DNA of 57,684 nucleotides, filler included, from Dugesia japonica (Eukaryota), in assembly GCA_001938525.1 (NCBI GenBank). It is 6 parts of 6 records of this genome, joined end to end, with 100 filler letters (N's around TTAATTAATTAA, not from the genome) between each part and the next. Parts side by side here need not be neighbours in the genome. Positions count along the whole stretch, not along the records: positions 9,405 to 18,029 come from MQRL01167217.1; positions 18,130 to 27,527 come from MQRL01363766.1; 4 more parts are not named here. One strand, 5' to 3'. Positions 12,712 through 23,800 of this stretch are shown here, one piece after another. The notes beneath the pieces were generated by a model. That model searched no databases and had not been told where the DNA came from. It saw only the letters and a program-made list of their open reading frames with translations. Made by a program: the position numbers and the translations under genes. Every line of letters starts with the position of its first letter. Positions within the stretch are counted from its first letter, which is position 1.

Positions 12712-14833
12712 TTATATAAAATTTAAAGTTATTTCTTTTAAGTGAACATCTTGTGGTAAAATTATTACAATATAGTTTATATTTGTATCTTTATTAATTT
12801 CAGTACTTGTTCTGTTAATTTTAACATTATAATCTCTAGGTGAAAAATATTGATATTATATTGCAATTTGATTAATTCTAATGACATAATCAATTATATT
12901 AATTTCACAACTACCTTCTATATTTATACTAACTTTTTTTATTAATGTTTGTCCATAAATGTATTTCTTTTATTATTTTACCTTTTCTTTTAAAATCTAA
13001 ATTGTTAACATATTTATCCATAATAGAAAATTGACGAGAATTAATTGAAAATATTGTTTATTATTGGGTGGATTAACATAAGGTAAATAATTATCAATTA
13101 ATTCTTTTATGTTTTTAAGTATTACATCAGAACTGGTATTTTTAAAAGTTTTAAATAAAACATTAATTCTATCAACAAAAATTTTATGTAGTTTTGGTTT
13201 TATTGTTTCAAATTCTTTAGTTAATTCTTCACAAATTTTAAATCTATACAATTTAATTATTAAATGATATAAATAAATTTCTTTTGGTAAAATTATTTCA
13301 ATATAATTTATATTTGTATCTTAATTAATTTCACTGCTTTCTCTGTAAATTTTAATACTATTATCTTTAGGTTTAACATATAAAAATGATACTGCAATTT
13401 GATTAATTTTAATGACATATGTAAATTTTTCAATCTCGCAATATCCATCAATATTTATATAAATTTTTTCATTAATGTTTTTTGTATGTAAAATAATTTT
13501 AAAAGGTTCTTCAAGATAAAAATAAGCGTAATTAATATTTAACTTAGTTTTTATTTTTCCTTTACTTTTAAAATCAAAATTCTTTACATGATCACTAATA
13601 TGAAAATATGGACGAGTTTGACGTTGTTCATAACAGATAATTGTTAATATTACATTAGCACCAGGTAAAAAATATTATATAAGCAATTATCAAACATTTC
13701 TCTTAAACCCTTAAAATTAAGGGTTTTAAATAAAACATTAAAACTGTCAATATGTTTTTTGTGAAGTTTTGGTTTTATTAATTCAAATTCTTTTTTTAAT
13801 TAATCACGAATTTCTAAACTATATAAATTAACACTTAATTCATTTATATAAATTTCTTTTGGGAAATTTATTTCAATATGGTTTATATTAATTTCACTGC
13901 TTTCTTTAAAATAGTTAATCTTTTCTTATTGATATGAAAATGTTTTTTTAATATGATTAATTTCAATACTATACGTAAAACTTTCATATAAAGTTGGTAA
14001 ACTACCTTTTATTTTTATACAAACTTTTTCATTTATTTTTGTTTGTAAATTAATATTAAAAGCTTCTTCACCTTTTATTTTAAAATCAAAATCATGAACA
14101 TATTTATCTATAATAGAATATTGAAAAAGATTGTTAACACGTTCTATTAAAAATATTGTTTTGTCACTAGGAATGAAAACAAAAGGTATTAAATTATCAA
14201 ATTATCTCTTTTAAACTGTTAAGTTTTAAATCTGATAATGTTTCTTTATAAGTGTTAAATAAAACATTAAATCTGTTGAGATGTATTTTATGAAGTTTTG
14301 ATTTTATTGGTTCAATTTGTTTAAGTACATTTGAGATTTTAAACTTAAAATCTATTATATCCGATTTAATATTATTAATGTAATATAAATATCCATAAAA
14401 AGTTAAGTTATCTAAATCTAAAGGTAACATGTTAATTTTTTTTATCTAACACATTAATTTCTTCTTTAATTTTCTTATTTGTATCCTCTTCATTTAATTT
14501 TTTTATTCGATAAAATAAATCACTTCTTTTATGTGGAAAAACTTCTGATTTTATTCTTTTGATTCCAGAAGTTAATTTTTCACATGTTACCTGAGTATTT
14601 TTATTGTTTGTTAAATTATAAATCTTTAATTCAAGTTGTTTAATATATTTTAAATTAACAGCATCATTTAAATCTTTAGGATCATCTTTTATTTATAAAT
14701 ATGTAATTGTGTCACCTGTTTCATTTACAAATTTATTTTCATTATCAGCATTTGAAATTCTAATTTTAGCATCAACATGTTTTACTAATTGTGAATTGTT
14801 TGCTGTGAATAAGCTTTCACCAAATTTATTCAT
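12712..14833 (-). pseudogene. Fibre/receptor-binding-like protein with three tandem C-terminal modules
   Basis: N-terminus MNKFG...FVNETGDTI...DPKDLNDAVNLKYI (fibre-shaft GDT..P...DA..KY motif), coiled region, then three homologous ~180-aa units. ATG overlaps the protease 3' end; final TAA at 12712-12714. Confidence 0.65.
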
Positions 14834-15269
14834 TTTCTATAATTAAATTATTATATAAACTTTTCATTTCTTTTATTATTTCTTTAATGGTTTTATATTG
14901 AAGTTTATATAAAAAATAAATACAAAGGATACCACAAATTTTAGTACCAAAATGTTGAACTTTAATTTTATTATATTTAGTAACAAACTTTTCTATTTTG
15001 TCTAAAGGTTTTAAACCAAAAGAGTCAAAATAAAAACCATTTGTGTAAGCTATCCAATGTGAGCCTTTTTGATTTGAATTTTGATAATTAAAAATAATAT
15101 TGGAATTATTATTATTTACAAGGGTTGTTTCAACCCATTTTAAAATTTCATTCTTCATATAAATTTCTAAAAGTAAATTTAAAAAGTCTACAATTGAATA
15201 TAAATCAAAATTTGTTGTAGTGTTAATTCAAAATGTTTTCAAGAAATTTAATAAAGTGTAAGATGCCAT
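14826..15269 (-). pseudogene. Adenain-like (adenovirus-type) cysteine protease
   Basis: GSHWIA, YFDSFG, KVQ...ICGILC (H-D-Q-C set). In-frame upstream ATG at 15269 with TTNFDL motif and one internal TGA. Confidence 0.88.
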
Positions 15270-15298
15270 TTTTTAAATGTAAAATGTAAAATATTAAC

Positions 15299-15317
15299 AC
15301 GCTTACTTCGTAAGCAT
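15299..15317 (-). terminator. Hairpin ATGCTTAC-GAA-GTAAGCGT 5 nt after the penton stop
   Basis: GC-rich 8-bp stem with one G.T pair and a GAA loop in an AT-rich spacer. Terminator function is inferred. Confidence 0.5.
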
Positions 15318-15322
15318 ATTTT

Positions 15323-15988
15323 TTATAATCGATATTTACGTAAATGAACTAAAATAGAAATTGTTTCTTGGTTAAAATCTATTCTGTTAAAATTTTCATC
15401 TACAATATTAAATCTTAATATTGAAATGTAATTTGTATTAATTTTAGAATAAATTGTTGTTGTTGGTCTTTCTATAATTTTAAATCCAAATGGAACTGTA
15501 TTTATTAGAAATGAATACAAAAGATTAATATTTTCAGTTTCACCATTTGCAGATTTTACATAATTACCTTTAATAATATTACAAGTTATATTTATCATGT
15601 TAATATGTGAAATGTCAATTTTATTTTCTGAATAATAATTTCCTGGTTGATAANNNNNNNNNNNNAAACCTAAAATTTTATGAAAGAAAGATTTATCATC
15701 AAAAGTTAATATGTTTTTTGTTTTCATGTAACATTTTGTTGTTGAAGTATCTGCTGAAATTTCTATTCCATATTTTTCTAATCTTGCTGAGATTTCTTTT
15801 ATTTCATAAGCACCTGATTCAATTTTATCTTTATTAAATTTATTGTTTAAATTTGTTATGTTAAAAATAATATTGTAAAATGTAAAACAAATTAATCCTA
15901 ATTCATATTCTGAATCTAATTCTATAGGAAATTTTAAATCTAATTTTAAATCTTGTTCTTTTCCAACTATTAAGAATTGATGTGACAT
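15323..15988 (-). CDS. Minor capsid (penton-like) protein
   Basis: 221 aa with Polinton minor-capsid-like motifs: PIELD.EYELGL, IFNIT..NNKF, GAYEI, ILG, INITCNIIKG, P.GFKIIERP, IVDEN...IDFN.ETI...HL. Confidence 0.8.
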   Translation of the reverse strand: MSHQFLIVGKEQDLKLDLKFPIELDSEYELGLICFTFYNIIFNITNLNNKFNKDKIESGAYEIKEISARLEKYGIEISADTSTTKCYMKTKNILTFDDKSFFHKILGXXXXXYQPGNYYSENKIDISHINMINITCNIIKGNYVKSANGETENINLLYSFLINTVPFGFKIIERPTTTIYSKINTNYISILRFNIVDENFNRIDFNQETISILVHLRKYRL

Positions 15989-16088
15989 TTTTTAAATGTA
16001 AAATATTGGTTCATGCATGAGCCATGTTTTTTGTTAAATGTTAAATGTTACATTTTAAATTTTACATTTTACAAAACCCGCCAAAAAC

Positions 16089-16107
16089 GCGATTACTTCG
16101 CAAGCGC
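16089..16107 (-). terminator. Hairpin GCGCTTGC-GAA-GTAATCGC immediately after the TAA at 16108-16110
   Basis: Same C(GAA)G loop as the 15299 hairpin. Terminator function is inferred. Confidence 0.5.
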
Positions 16108-16768
16108 TTATTTTTTAAAATATTTAACTTTATATTTATCATAAATCTTATTAGATAATAAACCCACCATTTTTAATTTTTTACAAACACTTTTAATTTC
16201 TTTATCAAAATTATCATGTCCTGATTTTGCTGCTGAAATTAATTATGTTAACTTTTCAAATAAATTTATTGGATTGATAGCATTTCCTTCTTTTTCTGTT
16301 TCGGTATCAGTATATTCTGATTTCTCAGTTTCTGTATATTCTGGTTTTGTTTCTACTTTTTTCTTTTTTTTAGGTTTTACATTAATATATACCCTTTTAA
16401 ATTTTCTCTTTAATTTATTACAATAATCACTATTACCAGGAATAGGACTAATAAATTTATTTAAATAAATCTCAACATCTTCAGGTGTTTCTCTTCCATC
16501 TATATTTCCTAAAATTAATCTAAATATTCCATCTGTGTATGGTATAACTTCTGCTTTAAATAAGAAATTTTTATTTCCTTCTTCTTCAAATAAATAAATT
16601 TTATTTTCCTTTACAGTTATTTCCATAAAACTTTTGATGGCACCAACTCCACTAATATTTAATGTAGAAAATTTAGGAATTATTGTTTGACTTAATTTTC
16701 CACTAGCATCAATATTATCAATTGAGTATTCAGGAATAAATGGATATACAATAAATGCATATTGATAT
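16108..16768 (-). pseudogene. Conserved Polinton hypothetical protein, 5'-truncated
   Basis: The ORF 16243-16626 frame extends to ~16768 and, past one TAA, to NPINLFEKLT*LISAAKSGHDNFDKEI..., which resembles the P..L...L.L...+.AG+...EI C-terminal motif recalled from Polintons. Confidence 0.55.
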
Positions 16769-16774
16769 GAGAAG

Positions 16775-17280
16775 AGTGAAAGATTTATATTTTAATCCAC
16801 AGTTGGTAAAAATCACTATTATGTCAAGCAGCGGAACTATTTTAATGGATGAAACTCTCTGTCCTAGAGAAAAAATTAGACATTTCGACTCACATATCAC
16901 AGGGTGTAATCAGGAAAAAATTTTATAATATAAAGATGCTTATCTCCTAATATTAAAAGCAAGGCAGCTTATTTATAAGAGGATATTAGTAGGCTATAAT
17001 TTTAGGAAAAATTTGATAAGTCTTCATATGGATCAGAGACATGTAATTGGTGTTAGAGATCTCGTGGAAGAAAAATGGAGACGACAATACACCCCAAATG
17101 TCAAGAAGCTTAAATTTCTTAATTTAATGGAAGCAGTATTTAAGCCATTAAGACACGAATTTGACATAAAAGATATTCTAAAAACAGCTAGAGAAACGAA
17201 ATATGAATCAACGGCTAAAAGAACGACATTGATCAAGATAACTTATAAACAAATATGTAATCAGCAGGAATGGATGGATT
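16775..17280 (+). pseudogene. REX4/ISG20-like DEDDh exonuclease domain, followed by an acidic low-complexity region to 18029
   Basis: PQLVKITIMSSSGTILMDETLCPREKIRHFDSHITG ... RQLIYKRILVGYNFRKNLISLHM..VIGVRDL ... ITYKQI..QEW follows the REX4 pattern L.RVS+V...G.V+YD..VKP...I.DY.T..SG / ILVGH...D...L...RDT / LY....W. Confidence 0.65.
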
Positions 17281-18130
17281 CCTTACAACCAAAGACAACT
17301 GATAACATGACATTAATCAAAGAAGATCAGAACACGATGCAGGAAATTGCAATTAGAGAAGTGCTTAAACCAATAAGTATTCGATGAATATTAGATTCTG
17401 AATCCGAAGATGACATGGATACAAAAGTCAAGCTGAATTCAGATAACGACACCAAGTCGGTCAAAGATGAGATAAAAGACGAATATAGCAGTGACGGATA
17501 TAGTCCTGAGTCAGATGACGAAGAAATAAGAAGACAATAGATGAAGAAGACAGACAGCTAGAAATCCAAGGCAAGAAGGACGAACAGTGGGTGGTTGAAC
17601 AGTGGAAGAAAGTCCCAATCCCCTACCATGAGGAAACTTGTGATTTAGATGAAGGAAAAATAAATAACAGTACTGAATACTGGTCTGAAGTGGGAGATGA
17701 ACAAATGGAAGGTATTATGGAACCCAAACGTGTAATATATCTCACTGAATCAGATAATAAAGACAAACAGTTGGAAGATCTTATGGTAGATCAAGTTTGA
17801 GAGGATTGTGTATATATGCCATATTATACAGACAATGAGAGCGATGATTCAATGGGACCAGAGCCGGATATATTTATAACCGAACCAGGGGTTATTTGTT
17901 TAGAAACATCAAATAAGACGAATAAGAAGAGTGGAGAATTCAGATTCCCAACACCACCAGAAACGGATATCTATTTAAAATATGGTAAAAAAAGAGTTCG
18001 TCTAACAAAAATAGGAGAAGATGGCAACANNNNNNNNNNNNNNNNNNNNNNNNNNNNNNNNNNNNNNNNNNNNTTAATTAATTAANNNNNNNNNNNNNNN
18101 NNNNNNNNNNNNNNNNNNNNNNNNNNNNNT

Positions 18131-18325
18131 ATGGAAATGATTCGAGAACGGGGTGACCCAGCAAAAGGTAGTTGGCTGGTTAACCCTGGTGGAGAAGCAA
18201 CTGATTGGACTGATGCTAGTAGCATTGCATTGGGTGTTATTTTGTTCGTTGATGATGACATAATAGAAGATGCAGCGTGGCTACGAAAGGAACAAGATTC
18301 AAGTCATATTAATCTTAGTGAAAAC
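18131..18325 (+). mobile_element. LTR-retrotransposon RNase H fragment
   Basis: WTDASSIALGV...IEDAAWLRK...HINLSE. Confidence 0.7.
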
Positions 18326-18689
18326 TTATCCACCGAAACTAATGATTATAATAATACTAACAATAATACTCCAAATATATATAAGGCCCGACACTTACCT
18401 ATTTCCATTTGATCTCTTGTCCATTTTTTGTACTCCATAAGTTTTAATTTATGTTTCATTTCGACTTTACTTTGCATTTCATGATGTCACTTGAGTTCTA
18501 GCTCAACAAAATACTAGAGTACTGAAACGACTTCGCTCCAAACTTTCTCTCCTTAAATTTTTCTTCACTCATTTATTCACTCAATTTACAATTTCAATGT
18601 TTTTAGCTATCAATCAGTTCTCACTACTCTCAAACTCAATATTCCAAATATACCCTTAAGAAAAACTCTAATAGGTTTTTAAAAATAGA

Positions 18690-20152
18690 TAGAAAATTAA
18701 AGCGATATCATTCCTAAAACCACTCAAAGAATTTTCACACCATATGGATTGTATTTTTACACCATCATCTTTTAATTCCATATTCAGCAACCTATTCAAA
18801 TTCATTACTGCAGTGTAATGATATTTTCCCCATCTTCAAGCAATAAAAGATTAATTTTACTACCTCATTCAACCTTACTTCATTGAATAATAGGATTAGG
18901 ATGTTTCATAATTACATCATCTTCATTATTACAATGACTAATAGGATTCCAAGAAAATACATTTATGGAAAGATCTGGATTATTTGTCTCAAATTTACGA
19001 ATATTAGCTAACTTCATCGGCATATTTGATTTGTTAAAAACATGTTCTCCAAATAATTTCTTATATTTTGAAGCTCGATACTTATGATATTTTCCAACTT
19101 CATCTAGTTTAAGTATAGCAAGAATGCTATAGATGAAACACATATTGTATTTGTTTTTAATATTAAGAACAACTGTTTTATTCACAAGATTTTCAGGTGT
19201 TGAGATATGATTACTTCCCGACAACCCGCTCATATCACTAAATTTAGTTATCTTAAAGTTTATTTCAGACATTCTTCTAAGAATTCAAATATTTCCTAGT
19301 TCAGACCATACTACAATCTTTTCATTTAATTGTTCTATACCTTCTTCGAAAAATTTGTCAGATAATGGGACAGCACTATTCAATAATTTACATGTCTTAA
19401 CTTCATAATCCCTAATAAACTTCACATGAATTCTCAACTGAATCTTAACATGTTTCATTTCATGAATTATCTTAAATAAACTCTGGATCAAATTAACAGG
19501 TAGAATTTTCTCAGTCATATTAAATTTCAAAACTTCAAGCTTCAATATTTGATGACACGTCGGTTTCAATTACAGCTTCATCAACAGAGCCACCTACTTG
19601 AATATTATACAATTAATCTCCATTTATTTCCTCATACTTATATTATCTCTTATATTATCTTATAAATTATCTCTTCATCGCTTATTTTATCAATAAAAAC
19701 CCGAGAATAACCATCAATAGTTGAATTATTAACTGAATCAATAGATCGACAACTGGAACAAGAGAAACCTTGAAATCACTAACTAGATCAACAGTTGGAT
19801 TAATAACTGTATCAACAGATAGATCAAGCACAGGATCAACAAATGGAGCTACAAAACCTTAGTCCTCATTAAGGCTTATATTTATTACCTCAGATTTTAA
19901 CCTTTTACAGAATGGAACATCTTTGTCATGTTTATTAAGTATTTTAAGAAATAATTCTTTCTTAGTTTCAATAAATTGTGATAAATGATGTGCATGGGTC
20001 CTATAAAATTCCTTGTATGTACCTAAATCTAATGTTTCACATGTAAAAGATATTTAGCATTTTGTTCCGTAATGAAAAACATCATAGTATTTCTCCATTT
20101 TCTCGTGAAAATCTTCATTATGTTTTTGACTAACCCAATAATTTGTGTACAT
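18690..20152 (-). pseudogene. N-terminal region of a Polinton-type protein-primed DNA polymerase B ORF (catalytic part absent)
   Basis: GSNHISTPENL..KTVVLNIKNKYNMCFIYSILA; MPMKLANIRKFETNNPDLSINVFSW; INLLLL; HYTAVMNLNRLL; WCEN(S)L.GF. Upstream part is rich in VDL motifs. Confidence 0.7.
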
Positions 20153-20864
20153 GGTGCAGATTTCTACAAAGCAACTTGTTAATCATATATGGTTTATATG
20201 CATATAAAATAGTATATTACTAAATAATAGCATTAACAAGTCTTATTATATTAGTTAAATCTAATTTATTTATAATTTATAATTTATTTGATTAATACTT
20301 ATTAAACCTGAAATTTATGATTATAATTAAATTAAATTAGACATAAAATATTAAATAATAGTCTTAGAATTTAAAATCAAAACTACAATTATGAAATGAA
20401 TTATTAAATAAATTCAACTATCATTTTTAAAAGTTAGTAACATGAAAATCATTACACCTAATTATTAAATTAAGTTAAAGTTATTACAATAAAGTTAAAA
20501 ATGAATTATTATTTCAAAAATAATTACATTTAGCAAATTAAAAATAATTAATCTCTTTGAGATCTCACTAAATTATCACTTTGTATGAAATTAGTTTGGT
20601 TAATAATATTTACTTGGTTTTTCGTAAAATTCCGATTCAATTTTTATTCATAAATAATTCATTTTCATTGTTCCTAACGTTTTCACAATTGTTAAAAAAT
20701 ATCCAAATTAAAAATAATTAATTAAAAATCATAATCACTTTATTGATTTTTCTTTTCATTTGGTTCATGCTCATATTGTTATCCGTTGTGCTAATCATTT
20801 TCTTGTACATTTGGTTGATTATTTTGGCCCATTATTTTCACATGATGTTTACATTTTCTTTCAC

Positions 20865-23800
20865 AAAAATACATGAAAATTAATTTTCGTTAAATTTACA
20901 AAATAAATGAAAATTATATTTTCATTAAATTTAACATTTTATTATTTATTATATTAAAGAAAGTTTTTCTTATTTAATTTTAAATCAACAAATTTCTATT
21001 TGAAAAGTCAACAAATTTTCATTTGGAAAATAAATACAAATTGAAATTCTGTAAGTCTTTAATAAAATAATTAACAATTATAACCATAATAAAATAATAG
21101 AATAATTACTAATTAACATCAATAAATAACATCAATTATAAAATAATGAGATACAGCAATATATGTTCTGTTAATCACAAGGAATCAATAGATAATATTA
21201 TAATGTCCTAAGGATCGAATATTGTAATGTCGATTGTCGCAATAAATAATATTGAAATGTTGATCACTGATTTGGCTGAGATCCTTTGATAAGCTTAGTA
21301 TGTAGATGTGAGCGCACAAACACAGTAGGTGTTATCGAGGCCCCCTCCCTCTGGGTGGGGGTGTGTTTGAATTTGTTTGATTTTATGTTTGATTTCATAG
21401 GTCGGTTTTTGATTGGATGCGGGGAGATGTAGTTTGGTTTTAATTTGTAAATTTTGGCGGGAAATTTAAAATTTATTTTTTTCAATTGATTAAAACAAAA
21501 AATTATTTTTTTAGCAAGGATTACTGTGTTTTTGCGCTCACATCAATCATTTCAGTTACTAGCCATCTTGGATTTTAGAATTTTTTGATCGAATTTCTGA
21601 TCAGATCATATTTTTGATAGTTAATTTTTCTTTTCTTTCTTTTCTTTTCTTTTGAAAAATTTTTCTCTTTTTTTGAATGATCAACGATAACATATGGCAT
21701 AAAATTAAACACAGGGTTATCAATTAATGAGCCACCCCCGGGAGGAGTTGTGTTAGATTTTGAGTTTTATTTCATTGTTCGGTTGGTGATTGGTTGCGGA
21801 GAGATCTAGTTTTTTTTTAATTTTCAAGTAATTTTGTAGGAAATTTTAATGAATTTATTTATAAAAAGTTCCACTGAAATGAATTATATTTGAAAAACGT
21901 TCCACTGTAATGAATTATTTTGCGTGTTGATGATTTCATGATTACATAATGAATACGTCATGGTCTTCTAAAATTTTTTATCGCTTCAACTTTTGTTGGA
22001 TCAATTCAGACTTCATTCTTGACTATGACATGTCCTAAAATTTTGACTTCTGCTTGCAATAAATGACATTTTTCTGGATTAATTCTCAATCCTGATTCTT
22101 GAATTCTTTTAAAAACTTGGTCTAAAATTCTAAAGTTTCTGAAAATATCAATTTAACATCCATATATAACATTGTTCCTCTCAATTTTTCTAATACTTTT
22201 CTCATTAATTCTTGAAACGTTCCAAGTTCTGCAGCTATACTAAAAGCCATTTTTGTGAAACAATACTGCCCATTTTTTGTAGAAAATGCTGCTTTTTCTC
22301 TACATGTAACGGAACTTGATAGTATGCATTACTTAAATTAATAGTACTAAAATATCTTGCACCACTCAAATTGTCTAGTATTTCCTTTACATTAGGCGTT
22401 GGAAATGCCGGTTTTTCTGTGATTGCATTTTATTTTCTAAAATCTAGACATAATCTAACGTCTTTACTTTCGTTTTTCCAAACACAAATTAACGGTGTTT
22501 TTTTGGAGTATTACACTTCCTAAAAATGCCATTATCAAACAAATTCTTGATAGCTTCATCAATCTTATTCTCTAAATGCATTGGTTGTCTCCATGGTTTC
22601 GTATTTATTGGTTCTCCATTTGTGATTATTTGACATTCTGCCATTGTTGCTCTGCTAATATCCCAATTGTCTGTCATGAATATTAGATTTCTCTAAATTC
22701 TCATTCGACTTGTTTATCAATATTTATATTGCTCTCTGTACTGTCTTTTTATTCGTTGTATATTTTGTTTCTATATTATAAAGATACTTTTCAATATCCT
22801 CACATTTAATCCCCTCAGCAGTTGGAAGCCAAATTATTACTGTAATTATTTTTCTCCTATTAAATCTGAATGTATCTGTTTCACCACAATGAATCTAACT
22901 GTTTCGCTTTTATTCTCGAATTTCAATTCTACTTTTATCGCACTTACGATTTCGAGCGAACTATTATTGGCACATCTTAAATTTTCTTTACTTTTTAATA
23001 TTACATTTCCATTTTAATATATTGTCTCAATCTTTCCAAAATTTTTAAACATATCACATTAACTCTTGCTTCAGTGTCTAACAAATAATCAATTTTACGC
23101 CTTTTATTTCTACTGTTGTACTTGGTCTACATTGCATCTTGTCATAACGTATCTTTTGTCGCTTTATCTTTTCTATCGTCAGAATTTTACAGTTGTTTTC
23201 TCCATTTATAACATTGGTCATCTTTGCTTGGCTTCTAATCGATCCTTTCTTTACAAACTTGTAAACGTTTTCTTTTACATCATTGTAAACATCTACTCGT
23301 TTATCTTCGTTTACTTTTTTATATAAATATTTATACTATTTTTACTATAATTAACAATACTGCGATTTTTAATTGAATACTTAATTTAACGCTCCGGCAA
23401 TCTCAATTTTCTATTTCAAACTTTTTATTTGTCTTCAGAATAGATTTTTCGACATCATCGCCTATTTTGAAAATTCTAGGTTGCATTACTTCTTTTAGGA
23501 AATCTAAAGATGCTTTGGTTGCCATATTAGTTCAATTCAAAACGTCACAACTTTCTTAAAGTTTTAATTAATTATCTTAAAATTTTTGATTAAAATAAAA
23601 AAAGATAAAGAATAATCCATAGTATTCTAACAAATAATCTGTAGTAAAATATTTTTACTTTTGTTGGGAAAAACCAATCCTCAATGCACTTTAAATACAC
23701 ACGCATTCATACACCCACAAGATACATAACAAAATATACACAAGTCTATAATAATAAATATATGATCACGCACACATAACACANNNAATATTTAAATCGA

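Larger units (their letters stand above)
9450..16770. mobile_element. Polinton/Maverick (adintovirus-like) endogenous DNA virus fragment; no major capsid or PolB catalytic gene in this segment
   Basis: Intronless, tightly packed genes for PLA2-like domain, rve integrase, A32/FtsK-like ATPase, adenain-like protease, penton-like protein and fibre-like protein, in convergent + and - blocks. Confidence 0.9.

Noticed and set aside
13040-14200. A frameshift at a similar position in each fibre module, suggesting programmed shifting or phase variation
   Set aside because: The shifts differ in sign and exact site and fall in short T runs, like other lesions in the element.
9628-16770. Many in-frame TAA stops suggesting a recoded genetic code
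   Set aside because: TAA is also the true terminator, and TGA stops and homopolymer frameshifts occur too. Decay or sequencing error is the simpler explanation.
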